Below, in pieces: positions 20,666 through 31,162 of a stretch of 64,000 bases of DNA (position 1 is the stretch's first letter; every line of letters starts with the position of its first letter). Below the pieces are notes generated by a model. The model worked only from the letters and a program-made list of their open reading frames with translations. It did not search any database and was not told where the DNA came from. Position numbers and translations under genes: made by a program. This stretch comes from Geopsychrobacteraceae bacterium (lineage in GTDB: Bacteria > Desulfobacterota > Desulfuromonadia > Desulfuromonadales > Geopsychrobacteraceae): positions 96,001-160,000 of the forward strand of contig OY759353.1 of NCBI GenBank assembly GCA_963662315.1. The letters are read 5' to 3'.

Positions 20666-22808
20666 GTGTAGCCCCTTTGGCATTACTGAAGACGGTCAGT
20701 AATTGGGTTTTGTGCTTGCTGTTATGCAGTTCGGAAATCAGTTTTTCCGCAACAGGTCCTGAAAAATTCGGCAAGGCTTTAAGCATTTCCTGATGTAATG
20801 ATTTCATCTTTGACGATATGAACAGGCCTTTTTTCATCAGCAGGCGGCGAAAGATGACCAGGGTTTCGGGGGCAGCAATATGGCCCAGGCTTTGTATCGC
20901 CGTGATTTGCTGCTGAAGTTCTTCTTCCGACGCTGCCTGCGTCTGAACAACTGTGTGTAAAAACTGTATAACAGCGGGATCTTTGCTTAAGGCTGCTACT
21001 CTTAGCGCTGCGTCTTTAGCGACCGGATCGGTATTCTGCAGTTCCTGTATCAGGTAGCGGTTGCCTGTTGCGGGGTTGGACATCAGCAGGTTGCTGATCG
21101 CTTCTATCCTGACCATGGGATGATCATGGTTGCAGAAGGGCAGGCTGGCTTTCAGGGTCTGGGGATTGGGGGTCCCACCCAGGACAGACAACAGGTTTCG
21201 GACCAGGTACCAGCGGTCATCGGCCAATGCCTCAATGATGGCCTGTTGTGTATTGGCGCTGATTTTCTTAAGAATCTGCAGCCACATCAACCGGTCTGCC
21301 TTATTGGGGGCTGCCCCGAGCCGTTCAATGATTGGCGCAATATAAGGTTCTCCGACAGTCTCAATGTAGGCGATCAGGTCGGCGTGTTTATGGTGTTCCC
21401 AGATGTCAAAACCATCGAGAATCTCGGTGATAAACGATTTCTGTGAATGTGTCGCAATAACTTTATCCGCAAATATATCCAGATGCGCAAAGCCACTATT
21501 GAGATGCTGATGCCAACTGAGAAAAATGTTTTTCAGCATTCTGAAATGCCCGGTATCCAAATAGAATTTGGTCAACTCGAGAAGTTGCTCCTGAATGGCA
21601 GATTCAACGTCCCTGGTGAGGGGGGATTCAAGCAGTTTGAGGATAATTGGGGACAAATGCTGTTCAACCGCTTGGTGTTCAATCAGTTGACGCAACTCTG
21701 TTTGCACCTCATCCGGAATCAGGTCCGCAGCAATTTTATCAGTAAAAATATCGGCCAGGGCGGTCTGATATTGATTGGGCAGGTAGGCTTCCTGCTGTTC
21801 TTCGCGAAACAGTTCGTCGAGCCGAGCTTTCATCACATCAGGGGCAAAATTATTAGAATCATGGCCTTTTCCGGGTGACTTCTGTGTATTGGTTGAAAAC
21901 AATTCGAGTAAGTTCACCAGCCGTGTCGATATGTGATTTTTGGCGCGACTTAAGGAGACAAGGGAGTCGTCAAAAAAATGCGGGGAAATCTCGGAAAGAA
22001 TATTTTCCGCCGGTTCGGGGTTCTTATTCAGTGACTGGAGAATATTGCTTAAGAAAAATTCACGGGCTTCATTGCTGAGCTGCTGCAATAAATGGTTGAG
22101 GCGGGTCCCCGCCTGCTTCTGCAATGCCTGTGAATGATTGTAATACAAGCTGTTATCGATGAATTCGGATAATTTGTGTTGATAGTTGCGATCTGGAATT
22201 GTTGCGTTGGTGTGGGCGCTATTCAGCATTTGGGCGAAATTGGTTAAGTTCTGTTCGTCCTCAACATCAAAATCGAGAATCCCCCGATTCAACCCGAACA
22301 GGAAGTTTTCCCATAGGTCTGGACTGCTTGAGGGCGGGGCTGAGCCAAGGGCTTTTGCTTGAAAGGCTTCATAATCTACGGCAATGACCTGAATATGCTG
22401 AATTCTTTGTTCCTCAAGGAGCAAGGGGAAACCACCAAAGGCTTCAATCTGATTCCGGTCACTGCGTAGCAGGTGGATAAAACGAATCAATTCATCAGCG
22501 CTGATACCGGGCAGAAAGCTGACGGTTGCTACGCCAAGACCGGAGAAAAAATGGCAGAAATCTGCGACAGCCTGATCTTCATTGTCAAATTTGATCTGTT
22601 CATAATACATTGCTGCCGGAGCAATGCCGATAGTGACGGTCGCTGCGGAAAGAAAAAAATCTTGCAATAAGGTTAGTGTTTTGCCAATACTTTCGCGTAT
22701 TGCCGGATGCTCTGGCGGGTAGATAGACAGGTGCCGCCGGGCGATATTGAGCCTTTGCAGGAAAGTTATTATCAGAGGTTTCTCTGTGTCTGGCATTGGT
22801 TTTGTCAT
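20652..22808 (-). CDS. HEAT-repeat protein
   Basis: LADDRWYLVRN, HDHPMVRIEAI and DPVAKDAAL helical repeats; N-terminal YPPEHP domain. Confidence 0.8.
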   Translation of the reverse strand: MTKPMPDTEKPLIITFLQRLNIARRHLSIYPPEHPAIRESIGKTLTLLQDFFLSAATVTIGIAPAAMYYEQIKFDNEDQAVADFCHFFSGLGVATVSFLPGISADELIRFIHLLRSDRNQIEAFGGFPLLLEEQRIQHIQVIAVDYEAFQAKALGSAPPSSSPDLWENFLFGLNRGILDFDVEDEQNLTNFAQMLNSAHTNATIPDRNYQHKLSEFIDNSLYYNHSQALQKQAGTRLNHLLQQLSNEAREFFLSNILQSLNKNPEPAENILSEISPHFFDDSLVSLSRAKNHISTRLVNLLELFSTNTQKSPGKGHDSNNFAPDVMKARLDELFREEQQEAYLPNQYQTALADIFTDKIAADLIPDEVQTELRQLIEHQAVEQHLSPIILKLLESPLTRDVESAIQEQLLELTKFYLDTGHFRMLKNIFLSWHQHLNSGFAHLDIFADKVIATHSQKSFITEILDGFDIWEHHKHADLIAYIETVGEPYIAPIIERLGAAPNKADRLMWLQILKKISANTQQAIIEALADDRWYLVRNLLSVLGGTPNPQTLKASLPFCNHDHPMVRIEAISNLLMSNPATGNRYLIQELQNTDPVAKDAALRVAALSKDPAVIQFLHTVVQTQAASEEELQQQITAIQSLGHIAAPETLVIFRRLLMKKGLFISSKMKSLHQEMLKALPNFSGPVAEKLISELHNSKHKTQLLTVFSNAKGATHEIH

Positions 22809-22977
22809 CGTGCCTGCCTGGTAACATAAACAGTTCGTCTTGCTTGGAAAGGGTAAGTATAACAGGATTTTCGGTCGTGCTGTAGCCCGGATTCAGGGCT
22901 CTGCGACAAACTATTGCATTCACTACCTAATGGTGCTAGATTCTCAAATCTATGAAGATACTATTTACAGACTGCAG

Positions 22978-23964
22978 ATGAGCGCGCGCGAACGATTTGA
23001 CGTTGGCGATGCGGCTCTAGCCGTTCAGTTGTTTGGCCAGCAGAATAAACATCTTAAGCTCATTGAAAAAAAATTGGGCATCCGCCTTGGTAGCCAGGGG
23101 ACCAGTTTGACCCTGACCGGTGAACAATCGCAGATTGAGATCGGTATGCGGCTATTTGAGGAGTTGTGCGCATTGCTGCGTGACGGGATGCCTATATACC
23201 CTACCGATATTGATTATGCCATCCGTATTCTATCCGCCGATTCCAGTTCCTGTTTAAAAGATATTTTTTTCGATACGGTATTTGTATCCGCACGCAACAA
23301 GATGATTGCGCCCAAGAGTCTGGCGCAAAAGCACTATATTGATCAAATTCGGCAAAATAATGTCGTGTTCGGCATAGGGCCGGCCGGGACGGGGAAAACC
23401 TATCTGGCCATGGCCATGGGTGTTGCGGCGCTGATGCGCAAAGAGGTCAGCCGCATCATGCTGGTCAGACCGGCGGTTGAAGCTGGCGAAAAACTTGGCT
23501 TCCTGCCTGGTGATCTGGCTGAAAAGGTAAATCCTTATTTGCGACCACTTTATGATGCTCTTTACGATATGGTCGATTTTGATAAGGCCAAGAATCTTGT
23601 CGAAACCGGCATCGTTGAGGTTGCGCCATTGGCTTTTATGCGGGGACGAACCCTGAATAATGCTTTTGTGATTCTTGATGAGGCCCAAAATACCACCGTA
23701 GAACAAATGAAAATGTTTTTAACTCGCCTTGGCTTTGGCAGTTGTGCTGTCATTACCGGGGATGTAACTCAGATAGACTTACCGCGTGAAAGCAAGTCGG
23801 GACTGCTGAATGCCATCGATGTTCTGGTGGGGGTGCCCGGAATAGCCTTTACCCACTTCAGTGACGCTGATGTCGTTCGGCATCCGATTGTCCAGGCGAT
23901 TGTGCAGGCCTATCAACGGGCTGATCTGCGTGATCATGGACAGGGGCACAGAGCCCGAGGGTAA
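22978..23964 (+). CDS. phoH: PhoH-family ATPase
   Basis: GPAGTGKT, RPAVEAGEKLGFLPG, MRGRT, DEAQN; start 22978 inferred. Confidence 0.95.
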   Translation: MSARERFDVGDAALAVQLFGQQNKHLKLIEKKLGIRLGSQGTSLTLTGEQSQIEIGMRLFEELCALLRDGMPIYPTDIDYAIRILSADSSSCLKDIFFDTVFVSARNKMIAPKSLAQKHYIDQIRQNNVVFGIGPAGTGKTYLAMAMGVAALMRKEVSRIMLVRPAVEAGEKLGFLPGDLAEKVNPYLRPLYDALYDMVDFDKAKNLVETGIVEVAPLAFMRGRTLNNAFVILDEAQNTTVEQMKMFLTRLGFGSCAVITGDVTQIDLPRESKSGLLNAIDVLVGVPGIAFTHFSDADVVRHPIVQAIVQAYQRADLRDHGQGHRARG

Positions 23965-23991
23965 CACGCGAAAGGCGCTGACAGAGAGTAT

Positions 23992-26391
23992 ATGACAAAA
24001 GAAGACAAGATTAAGTTGCTGCGTGGCAGAGCAAACTTTTTCGGCTATGAAGCAAGTTCAAACGGGCGAGGACAGTTGGCGGGCTGGTTGCTGCTTGCCG
24101 TCGCTGTGTTATTGACCTTAATTGTCGTGCCAAAGGGCGGCCTGATTCCGGATTATCATGAGCCGGGTGATATCGCTTCGCGCGATATCAAGTCGCCGCG
24201 TGATCTGTTGGTTGAAGATGTCCCTCTGACCAAAGCCAAGCGCGAAGAAGCCGCCAATGCTGTGCCGCTGGTTTATGATTATGACGTGACTGCCGGAAGG
24301 CAGGCGATTAAGCGTATCAAAGATGGTCTTACCCTTCTCTTGCAACGTCAGGAAAATCCTGATCCGGTCAATCTGACCGAGTTCTTGCCTCGGCTGGAAT
24401 CGGATTTTGGCGTACCTCTGACTCCTGAGGAATATCAACCGCTACTCAGTTTGCCCCTTGAGCAGGATCTTCCTGTAGCCGCGGGTGATCTGCTCCAGTC
24501 GGTGTTTGCTCATCCTGTGGTTGCCAATCTTCAGAACTTTCAGGAGCAACGGCAAAAAGGTTTGATGCTGTTTGACCGCAATGCCGGTACGGAATTATCC
24601 TCGCAAGTGCTCGATCGCGTGACCAGTCTTAATGACTCCCTGGCCGAAGCTCAGCGCCAACTGGCGTTGCTTGAGATCTCCGAAGCGCAACGGGCGATGT
24701 TGCTGAAAGTCGTGCAGCAGCAGTTGCGTCCAAATCTGGTCTATAACGCTGAAGCCACCGAACAGCGGCGTCAGGAAGCACGGGAACAGATTACCCCGGT
24801 TTTATTTCAGATAAAAAAAGGGGAGATGATTGTTCGCGAAGGTGAACGTGTGACCGCTGATCAGATCATGAAATTGAAGGCGATTCGTGATTCCGGCCGC
24901 GATAACCGAAATTTTCAGACGATTGCAGGGCTGTTTTTATCGACAATGCTGCTGCTGTTTGTGGTGAATCTGTTTGGTAAAACCAATATCAGTAAATATC
25001 GGCCTGATTCCCGCGATTTGCTGTTTCTGTCCATCGTTTTTATCTCCTTATTTATCCTGATAAAAATATCAATTTTTATTGCGGCGGGTATGGGCAATAC
25101 CTTTGCCTATCTGGATTCTTCAGCCTATTTTTATGCAATTCCCTTTGCTGCCGGCGCCATGCTGGTGCGCATCGTTCTGAATTCGGAAACGGCGCTGCTA
25201 TTTTCCTTATGTTTTACCCTCATGACCGGTGTTATCTTTGGCAATAGCCTGATGATGGTGCTGTTTGTTTTGACCGGCAGCCTGATCGGCGCGCATGGCG
25301 TTCGTCACTGTCAGCAGCGGACCACCTTGTATCGTGCCGGTTTGTGGATCGGCCTGACGAATATGGCCCTGGTTGTGGGAACCCATTTTTTGGCCGGGCA
25401 CAGTTTTGAGTTGCTGCTGTTGTGGAAGATTGGGTTTGCTTTTCTCGGGGGGATGTTCAGTGCTGTTTTGGTCAATGGTACGATTCCTCTGGTAGAACTG
25501 TTATTCAAATATACGACCGATATCAAGCTGCTGGAACTTGCCAATATGAATTCGCCTATTTTGAGGCAGTTGATGATGGAAGCTCCCGGAACCTATCATC
25601 ATTCCATTCTGGTTGGGAACCTGGCAGAATCAGCCGCTGAAGCGATTAACGCAAACCCGTTACTGTCCAGGGTCGCTGCCTACTATCATGATATCGGGAA
25701 AATAAAAAAGCCGCTTTATTTTATTGAAAATTCTGGGGGACAGCGTAATAAGCATGACAAGCTGGCGCCCTCAATGAGTGCGTTGATCCTCACGTCTCAC
25801 GTCAAGGATGGCGTTGAGCTGGCGCGGGAGCATAAGTTAGGATCAGAGTTGATCGATATCATCCAGCAGCACCACGGTACGACCCTGATCAAGTTTTTTT
25901 ACGACCGGGCCAAAAGTCAGTCGGACCCGGAAGTTCATCAGGTTTCTGAGCGGGATTACCGCTATCACGGGCCGAAGCCGCAAACACGGGAAGCTGCTCT
26001 GATTATGCTTGCTGACGCGATTGAAGCGGCCAGTCGGACATTGACCGATCCGACCCCCGCACGAATTCAGGGGATGGTGCAGAAATTGATCAATAATATT
26101 TTTATCGATGGTCAGCTCAATGAATGTGATCTGACCCTTAAGGATCTTAACCTGATTGCGAAAAGCTTCAATCGTGTATTGTCCAGTTCGTTTCACCACC
26201 GGGTTGACTATCCGGAGCCGGTGCATATCGTCCGGGAGAAAAACGAGAGTGCTGAAAAAACTCAGGTTAAAGAAAAAGCAAGGATTAAGAGTGCGAATTC
26301 AGATCGAAAACCAGCAGACCAGATACAAGATTCAGAAGCGCCTGCTACGGAAAGTAGCCCAGAAGATCTTAGACGTCTCGGGATTTCCTAA
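23992..26391 (+). CDS. 7TM-HD (HDIG) membrane phosphohydrolase, PgpH-like family
   Basis: Extracytoplasmic domain, multiple TM helices, APGTYHHS, YYHDIGK, QHHGT, MLAD. Confidence 0.92.
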   Translation: MTKEDKIKLLRGRANFFGYEASSNGRGQLAGWLLLAVAVLLTLIVVPKGGLIPDYHEPGDIASRDIKSPRDLLVEDVPLTKAKREEAANAVPLVYDYDVTAGRQAIKRIKDGLTLLLQRQENPDPVNLTEFLPRLESDFGVPLTPEEYQPLLSLPLEQDLPVAAGDLLQSVFAHPVVANLQNFQEQRQKGLMLFDRNAGTELSSQVLDRVTSLNDSLAEAQRQLALLEISEAQRAMLLKVVQQQLRPNLVYNAEATEQRRQEAREQITPVLFQIKKGEMIVREGERVTADQIMKLKAIRDSGRDNRNFQTIAGLFLSTMLLLFVVNLFGKTNISKYRPDSRDLLFLSIVFISLFILIKISIFIAAGMGNTFAYLDSSAYFYAIPFAAGAMLVRIVLNSETALLFSLCFTLMTGVIFGNSLMMVLFVLTGSLIGAHGVRHCQQRTTLYRAGLWIGLTNMALVVGTHFLAGHSFELLLLWKIGFAFLGGMFSAVLVNGTIPLVELLFKYTTDIKLLELANMNSPILRQLMMEAPGTYHHSILVGNLAESAAEAINANPLLSRVAAYYHDIGKIKKPLYFIENSGGQRNKHDKLAPSMSALILTSHVKDGVELAREHKLGSELIDIIQQHHGTTLIKFFYDRAKSQSDPEVHQVSERDYRYHGPKPQTREAALIMLADAIEAASRTLTDPTPARIQGMVQKLINNIFIDGQLNECDLTLKDLNLIAKSFNRVLSSSFHHRVDYPEPVHIVREKNESAEKTQVKEKARIKSANSDRKPADQIQDSEAPATESSPEDLRRLGIS

Positions 26392-26746
26392 GGCCGAACT
26401 ATCTATTCTTATTGTGGATAATGATGGTATTCAGGATATTAACCGGGATTATCTGCAGCGTGACCGTCCGACAAATGTGATATCCTTTGCCATGCAGGAA
26501 GGGGAGGGGGGCGGAGTCAATCCGAATCTGCTGGGAGATGTTATTATCTCGGCTGAACGCACGGCATCAGATGCCGCCGAGGCCGGTATCTCTTTTGAGC
26601 ATGAACTCTGGTTTCTGCTGCTTCACGGCATTCTGCATCTGCTTGGTTACGACCATGAGCGAGGCAGTGTTGCTGATGCTGAGGAAATGGAAGCCCGGGA
26701 GCGAGAAATTTTTGCCATTGTCGAGGATACTTTTCCTCTGTCCTGA
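26291..26746 (+). CDS. ybeY: rRNA maturation RNase YbeY
   Basis: PTNVISF, LGDVIIS, HGILHLLGYDH; GTG 26291 preceded by AAGGA. Confidence 0.95.
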   Translation: MRIQIENQQTRYKIQKRLLRKVAQKILDVSGFPKAELSILIVDNDGIQDINRDYLQRDRPTNVISFAMQEGEGGGVNPNLLGDVIISAERTASDAAEAGISFEHELWFLLLHGILHLLGYDHERGSVADAEEMEAREREIFAIVEDTFPLS

Positions 26747-26784
26747 TACCCCGTACTTAACAACAACAGGAGATTTACATAACC

Positions 26785-27645
26785 GTGGATACGGAACACT
26801 CGCAGGAGCCTGCCGGTTGGCTGACACGCTTATCGCGTCGTTTGGTGCAGCGCCCGCAGGCTCATACTGAAGAAGATCTTCACGAGTTTATTGATGCCTC
26901 AGAACAGCAAGGGATCATTGATGAGGAAGAGGGGGACATGCTCCAGTCTATTCTGGAGTTGGATGAAACGATTCTGCGGGAAATTATGGTTCCCCGAACG
27001 GATATTGTCTGTATTGATGCTGACGCACCACTCAACCATGCATTAACCGCAATCCTTGAATCCGGGCATTCCCGCATTCCGGTCTATAAGGGGAATATCG
27101 ATAATATTATCGGACTGGTCTATGCCAAAGACCTGCTGCGTTTTTGGGGGCGGCCAATTGATGATATTGCCCTCTCTGAGGTCCTGCGCCCTCCCTATCT
27201 GGTTCCTGAATCCAAACTCGTCAGTGATTTGCTCAGAGAATTTCGCGAAACGCGTGTTCATATTGCTATTGTTATCGATGAATATGGCGGAACCTCTGGG
27301 TTGATCACTATTGAGGATCTTATCGAGGAGATTGTCGGCGATATCCAGGATGAATACGACATCGAGGAAGACTGGCTGGTTGAGGACGCCGACGGATCTG
27401 TCGTTGTTGATGGGCGCCTGGGGATTGAAGAGTTTGAAGAACACTTTGATATTGAGGTGGCTCGGGAAAAGTTTGATACCGTCGGGGGGTATATTGTTGA
27501 GCAGTATGGTCGGGTTCCCGCAACTGGAGAACGCATTCGGGTCGGGGTTTTTGATATGCGGATAGAGCAGGGGAATGAACGTGCCGTGCGAAAGATCCGT
27601 ATTTTCCCGCTTCAGGTACATGACCCCGCCAGCGATGAATCTTAG
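26785..27645 (+). CDS. corC: CorC/HlyC family CBS-domain protein
   Basis: EIMVPRTD, GHSRIPV, IDEYGGTSGLITIEDLIEEIVGDIQDEYD. Confidence 0.92.
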   Translation: MDTEHSQEPAGWLTRLSRRLVQRPQAHTEEDLHEFIDASEQQGIIDEEEGDMLQSILELDETILREIMVPRTDIVCIDADAPLNHALTAILESGHSRIPVYKGNIDNIIGLVYAKDLLRFWGRPIDDIALSEVLRPPYLVPESKLVSDLLREFRETRVHIAIVIDEYGGTSGLITIEDLIEEIVGDIQDEYDIEEDWLVEDADGSVVVDGRLGIEEFEEHFDIEVAREKFDTVGGYIVEQYGRVPATGERIRVGVFDMRIEQGNERAVRKIRIFPLQVHDPASDES

Positions 27646-27646
27646 A

Positions 27647-29158
27647 ATGCCGAACATTGATAAGGCCATTCTCTGGTCAGCCCTTTCCGGGGTGCTGCTG
27701 GGGCTGGCCTTTCCTCTTTTTGATTGCCCTCTCCTTGCCTGGGTGGCACTGGTTCCATTGCTTCTGGTTGCCGAGCAGCGCCCCTTTGCCTCGGGTTTTA
27801 CTTGCGGATTTACCTTTTTCGCCAGTGTACTCTACTGGCTGAATATCGTTATGACCACTTATGGCGGTCTGGCTGCCGTCTATTCTGTAATTGCCTATAT
27901 TTTCCTGATTGCCTATCTCTCATTGTACTTCGGTTCTGTTACCTTGCTGGCCTGTCGCGGCCAGCGGTTGCTAAACATCCCTGCTTTGGTCATGGTGCCG
28001 TTTTTCTGGGTTGGCGCGGAATATTTACGTGGTGTTGTGCTAACCGGATTCCCCTGGGCGCTGCTGGGATATTCGCAGGCAGGCTTCCCTCAGGCGATCC
28101 AGAGCGCAGATGTAACTGGGGTTTATGGCGTCTCTTTTCTGTTGGTTGCCGTTAATTGTGCTTTGGCAGGAGTGCTAAAAGCCCCTTGTAGCAAAATGGC
28201 CTGGCTTGGTGGAGTTGCTGTCACTCTCATGTCGATCAGCCATATTGGCTACGGAATCTATCGTCTGAGCGAAGATCTGGATACCAGAACCAAACAGCTT
28301 GATGTGGCTCTGATTCAGGGGAATATCGATCAGCATCAGAAGTGGGACCCCGCATTTCGTGCCGCCAATGTGGATAAATATATCTCTCTTTCTCACCGTG
28401 GGGCTGAGCACAGACCCGATCTGATTGTCTGGCCCGAAGCAGCGACCCCCTTTTATCTTCAGGACAACAGTCGGCTTGCCGCGCAGGTGCGGAAATTACC
28501 TCAACAGACGGGCGCTTTTTATCTGATTGGCAGCCCGGCTTATGAAGGCTCTTCGGCTGAAACTCTCCGATATTTCAATAGCGCCTATCTCCTGAACCGT
28601 GATGGTAAGATTGCCGGACGCTCAGACAAGATTCACCTTGTCCCGTTCGGTGAATATGTGCCGTTGGCCGGATTACTGTCTTTTATTGATAAACTGGTGG
28701 TGGGGGTTGGTGATTTTTCGTCCGGTCATGTCAGATCTTTGCCGGTTGCGGGGCAATATCTTGGGGTGTTGATCTGTTACGAAGTTATCTTTCCTGAGTT
28801 GGCCCGTGCCTATGTCGCCGGGGGGAGCGGTCTGCTGGTCAATCTGACCAATGATGCCTGGTTTGGCCGTTCTGCGGCTCCCTATCAACATCTTGCTATG
28901 GCGCGCTTTCGCGCTATAGAAAACCGCGTCTGGCTGGCGCGGGCCGCCAATACCGGAATCTCCGCCTTTATATCTCCTTCTGGGCACGTGGTCCAGGCCA
29001 GCTCTTTGTTTACCGACAGTGTGCTCAACGGGACCGTCGGGATGGGGGCCGGTTCTTCCTTCTATACCCGTTTCGGTGATGTTTTTGCCTGGGGCTGCCT
29101 TGCGGTTACATTGGTTTTCGGGCTGGCGATGCTATGGCGTTGTCGTTCGGTGAAATAA
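27647..29158 (+). CDS. lnt: apolipoprotein N-acyltransferase
   Basis: TGFPW, VWPE, KIHLVPFGEY, ICYE, TNDAWF, ANTGIS; start may be 27635. Confidence 0.96.
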   Translation: MPNIDKAILWSALSGVLLGLAFPLFDCPLLAWVALVPLLLVAEQRPFASGFTCGFTFFASVLYWLNIVMTTYGGLAAVYSVIAYIFLIAYLSLYFGSVTLLACRGQRLLNIPALVMVPFFWVGAEYLRGVVLTGFPWALLGYSQAGFPQAIQSADVTGVYGVSFLLVAVNCALAGVLKAPCSKMAWLGGVAVTLMSISHIGYGIYRLSEDLDTRTKQLDVALIQGNIDQHQKWDPAFRAANVDKYISLSHRGAEHRPDLIVWPEAATPFYLQDNSRLAAQVRKLPQQTGAFYLIGSPAYEGSSAETLRYFNSAYLLNRDGKIAGRSDKIHLVPFGEYVPLAGLLSFIDKLVVGVGDFSSGHVRSLPVAGQYLGVLICYEVIFPELARAYVAGGSGLLVNLTNDAWFGRSAAPYQHLAMARFRAIENRVWLARAANTGISAFISPSGHVVQASSLFTDSVLNGTVGMGAGSSFYTRFGDVFAWGCLAVTLVFGLAMLWRCRSVK

Positions 29159-29242
29159 GCTGTCCTTGCTGCATTTTTTTCGACTTCTGATCTATACTGT
29201 TTGTAGTCTTTAATATTTGTCTCGCCTTATGAGTGAACAGGT

Positions 29243-31015
29243 GTGTTGGTGGGTAAAGATGTTCTGAAAATAAGAACTGCCGGTTTGCTTTTAACCGGCC
29301 TGGTCTTGGTGGGAACCCGTAGCTGGGCTTCTGATTCTGCCGTTTTTGTCAGTTGGTGGAACATGGGGATGGCGGTTGGTGGTGGGCTGGCATTATTTTT
29401 ACTTGGAATGGGGTATCTGACCGATGCGCTTAAGGCTGCTGCCGGAAGGCAACTGCAGCTCATTCTGACGCGCTTGACAGCCAATCGCTTTATGGGGGCT
29501 CTGGTCGGGGCTGTGTCGACTGGTGTCATTCAATCATCTTCTATTACCACTGTTTTGGTCGTCGGCTTTGTCAGTGCGCAGTTGATGACTCTAAATCAGG
29601 CCATTGGTGTAATTATGGGGGCCAATATCGGCTCCACAGTTACGGCCCAGATTATTGCTTTTAAGGTGACCCATCTGGCCTTGGGATTTGTTGCTTGCGG
29701 TTATCTTGTTGTGCAACTGTGTCGGCGCGACGATGTTAAAAGCTTTGGCGGGATTTTGCTCGGGCTGGGGATGATCTTTCTGGGCATGAACGTCATGAGT
29801 GACGCGATGGCTCCGTTACGCGACTTTCAGCCGTTTATTCGGCTGATGGCAGAGGTGCGAAATCCGTTATGGGGATTGCTGATTGGTGCAGTTTTGACCG
29901 CCCTGATCCAATCGTCTGCAGCAACCACGGGTATTGTTATTATGTTGGCCAGCCAGGGTGTTATGCCGCTGATTACCGGAGTAACGATCGCTTTGGGAGC
30001 GAATATAGGCACCTGTGTTACCGCGCTTCTGGCGACCATCGGGCGGCCACGGGTGGCATTGCGGGCTGCAGCCGTTCATGTTGTCTTCAATCTTATTGGT
30101 GTTGCTCTTTGGGTTCCGTTCATCAGTGAGCTTGCCGACCTGGCTGCTGTCGTTTCTCCTGCTTACCCAGAGCTCAGCGGCGCCGCTAAACTGGCTGCTG
30201 CTGCTCCGCGGCAGATCGCTAACGCCAATACCTTGTTCAATGTCATCAATACGGCACTTTTTATCGGCTTCACTCCTTTGCTGGAGCGTTTGGTGCTATG
30301 GTTGGTTCCTCCGGCGGCAAAGACAGCTCAACAGCCTTGGGCTCCTCAGTTTCTGGAACCGCAGTTGTTGGATACTCCTTCTGCTGCTCTGGGAATGGTG
30401 CGCCTGGAACTCGGTCGTCTCGGGGAACAGGTTTTACTGATTATGCTCAAGGTGAAACCTCTGCTCGAAACACCAGATCCGCGGGCGTTTCATGCCGTAA
30501 GAAGGGATGATGATGCTGTTGACGCTCTGTATACCGCTATCATGCAGTATTTGAACGCCATTGGTAAGCGAGAGCTGAGTGATGCGGAAATCAGAGAATA
30601 CTACCAATTATTGCAGGTCGTGGAATTGCTTGAAGGGATAGGCGATATCTTTGAGGGGGAGATCGCCAAGCTCGGAACTCGTATGGCTGAACAACAGTTA
30701 TTACCCAGTGCGGCGATGCGGGAATTGCTCGAAATGCTTTATGGGCGGGTATATTCGGCTGTTAAAATGGCCACCCGGGCCGCTGTCGACAATGACGGTG
30801 GAGTAGCACGTCAGGTGTTGGCCATGCGTGATCAGATCGAATCTGCCGCGAATAAAACTTTTCGGCATCAGGCTTCAAGTCTGGCAAAAAGTCCGGCTGA
30901 ACGCTTGGTTCTTTTGCAGGTAGAATTTGAACTCGCAGACCAGCTGAAGCGTATTTATTCGGTGTGTAAACGGATTGCTCGGTTGTTCTGTGACAGCGAT
31001 AAATCTGACGCTTGA
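29243..31015 (+). CDS. Na/Pi cotransporter family protein with PhoU-like C-terminus
   Basis: Repeated QSSS/QSSA and GANIG motifs; DDAVDALY and LEGIGD PhoU-like tail. Confidence 0.92.
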   Translation: MLVGKDVLKIRTAGLLLTGLVLVGTRSWASDSAVFVSWWNMGMAVGGGLALFLLGMGYLTDALKAAAGRQLQLILTRLTANRFMGALVGAVSTGVIQSSSITTVLVVGFVSAQLMTLNQAIGVIMGANIGSTVTAQIIAFKVTHLALGFVACGYLVVQLCRRDDVKSFGGILLGLGMIFLGMNVMSDAMAPLRDFQPFIRLMAEVRNPLWGLLIGAVLTALIQSSAATTGIVIMLASQGVMPLITGVTIALGANIGTCVTALLATIGRPRVALRAAAVHVVFNLIGVALWVPFISELADLAAVVSPAYPELSGAAKLAAAAPRQIANANTLFNVINTALFIGFTPLLERLVLWLVPPAAKTAQQPWAPQFLEPQLLDTPSAALGMVRLELGRLGEQVLLIMLKVKPLLETPDPRAFHAVRRDDDAVDALYTAIMQYLNAIGKRELSDAEIREYYQLLQVVELLEGIGDIFEGEIAKLGTRMAEQQLLPSAAMRELLEMLYGRVYSAVKMATRAAVDNDGGVARQVLAMRDQIESAANKTFRHQASSLAKSPAERLVLLQVEFELADQLKRIYSVCKRIARLFCDSDKSDA

Positions 31016-31162
31016 CAGCCGGTGGCTGGAGGTTGGTCTGAAAATGAAACAGCTTCCGAGCCGTGTTTGCTGCGGGAACGATTTTAAATATCCAATTGAG
31101 CGTTGACAACCGGACCGATTCGCGCAAATATCTGCTCTTTGTGCGCGATGAAAGGGTAACCT

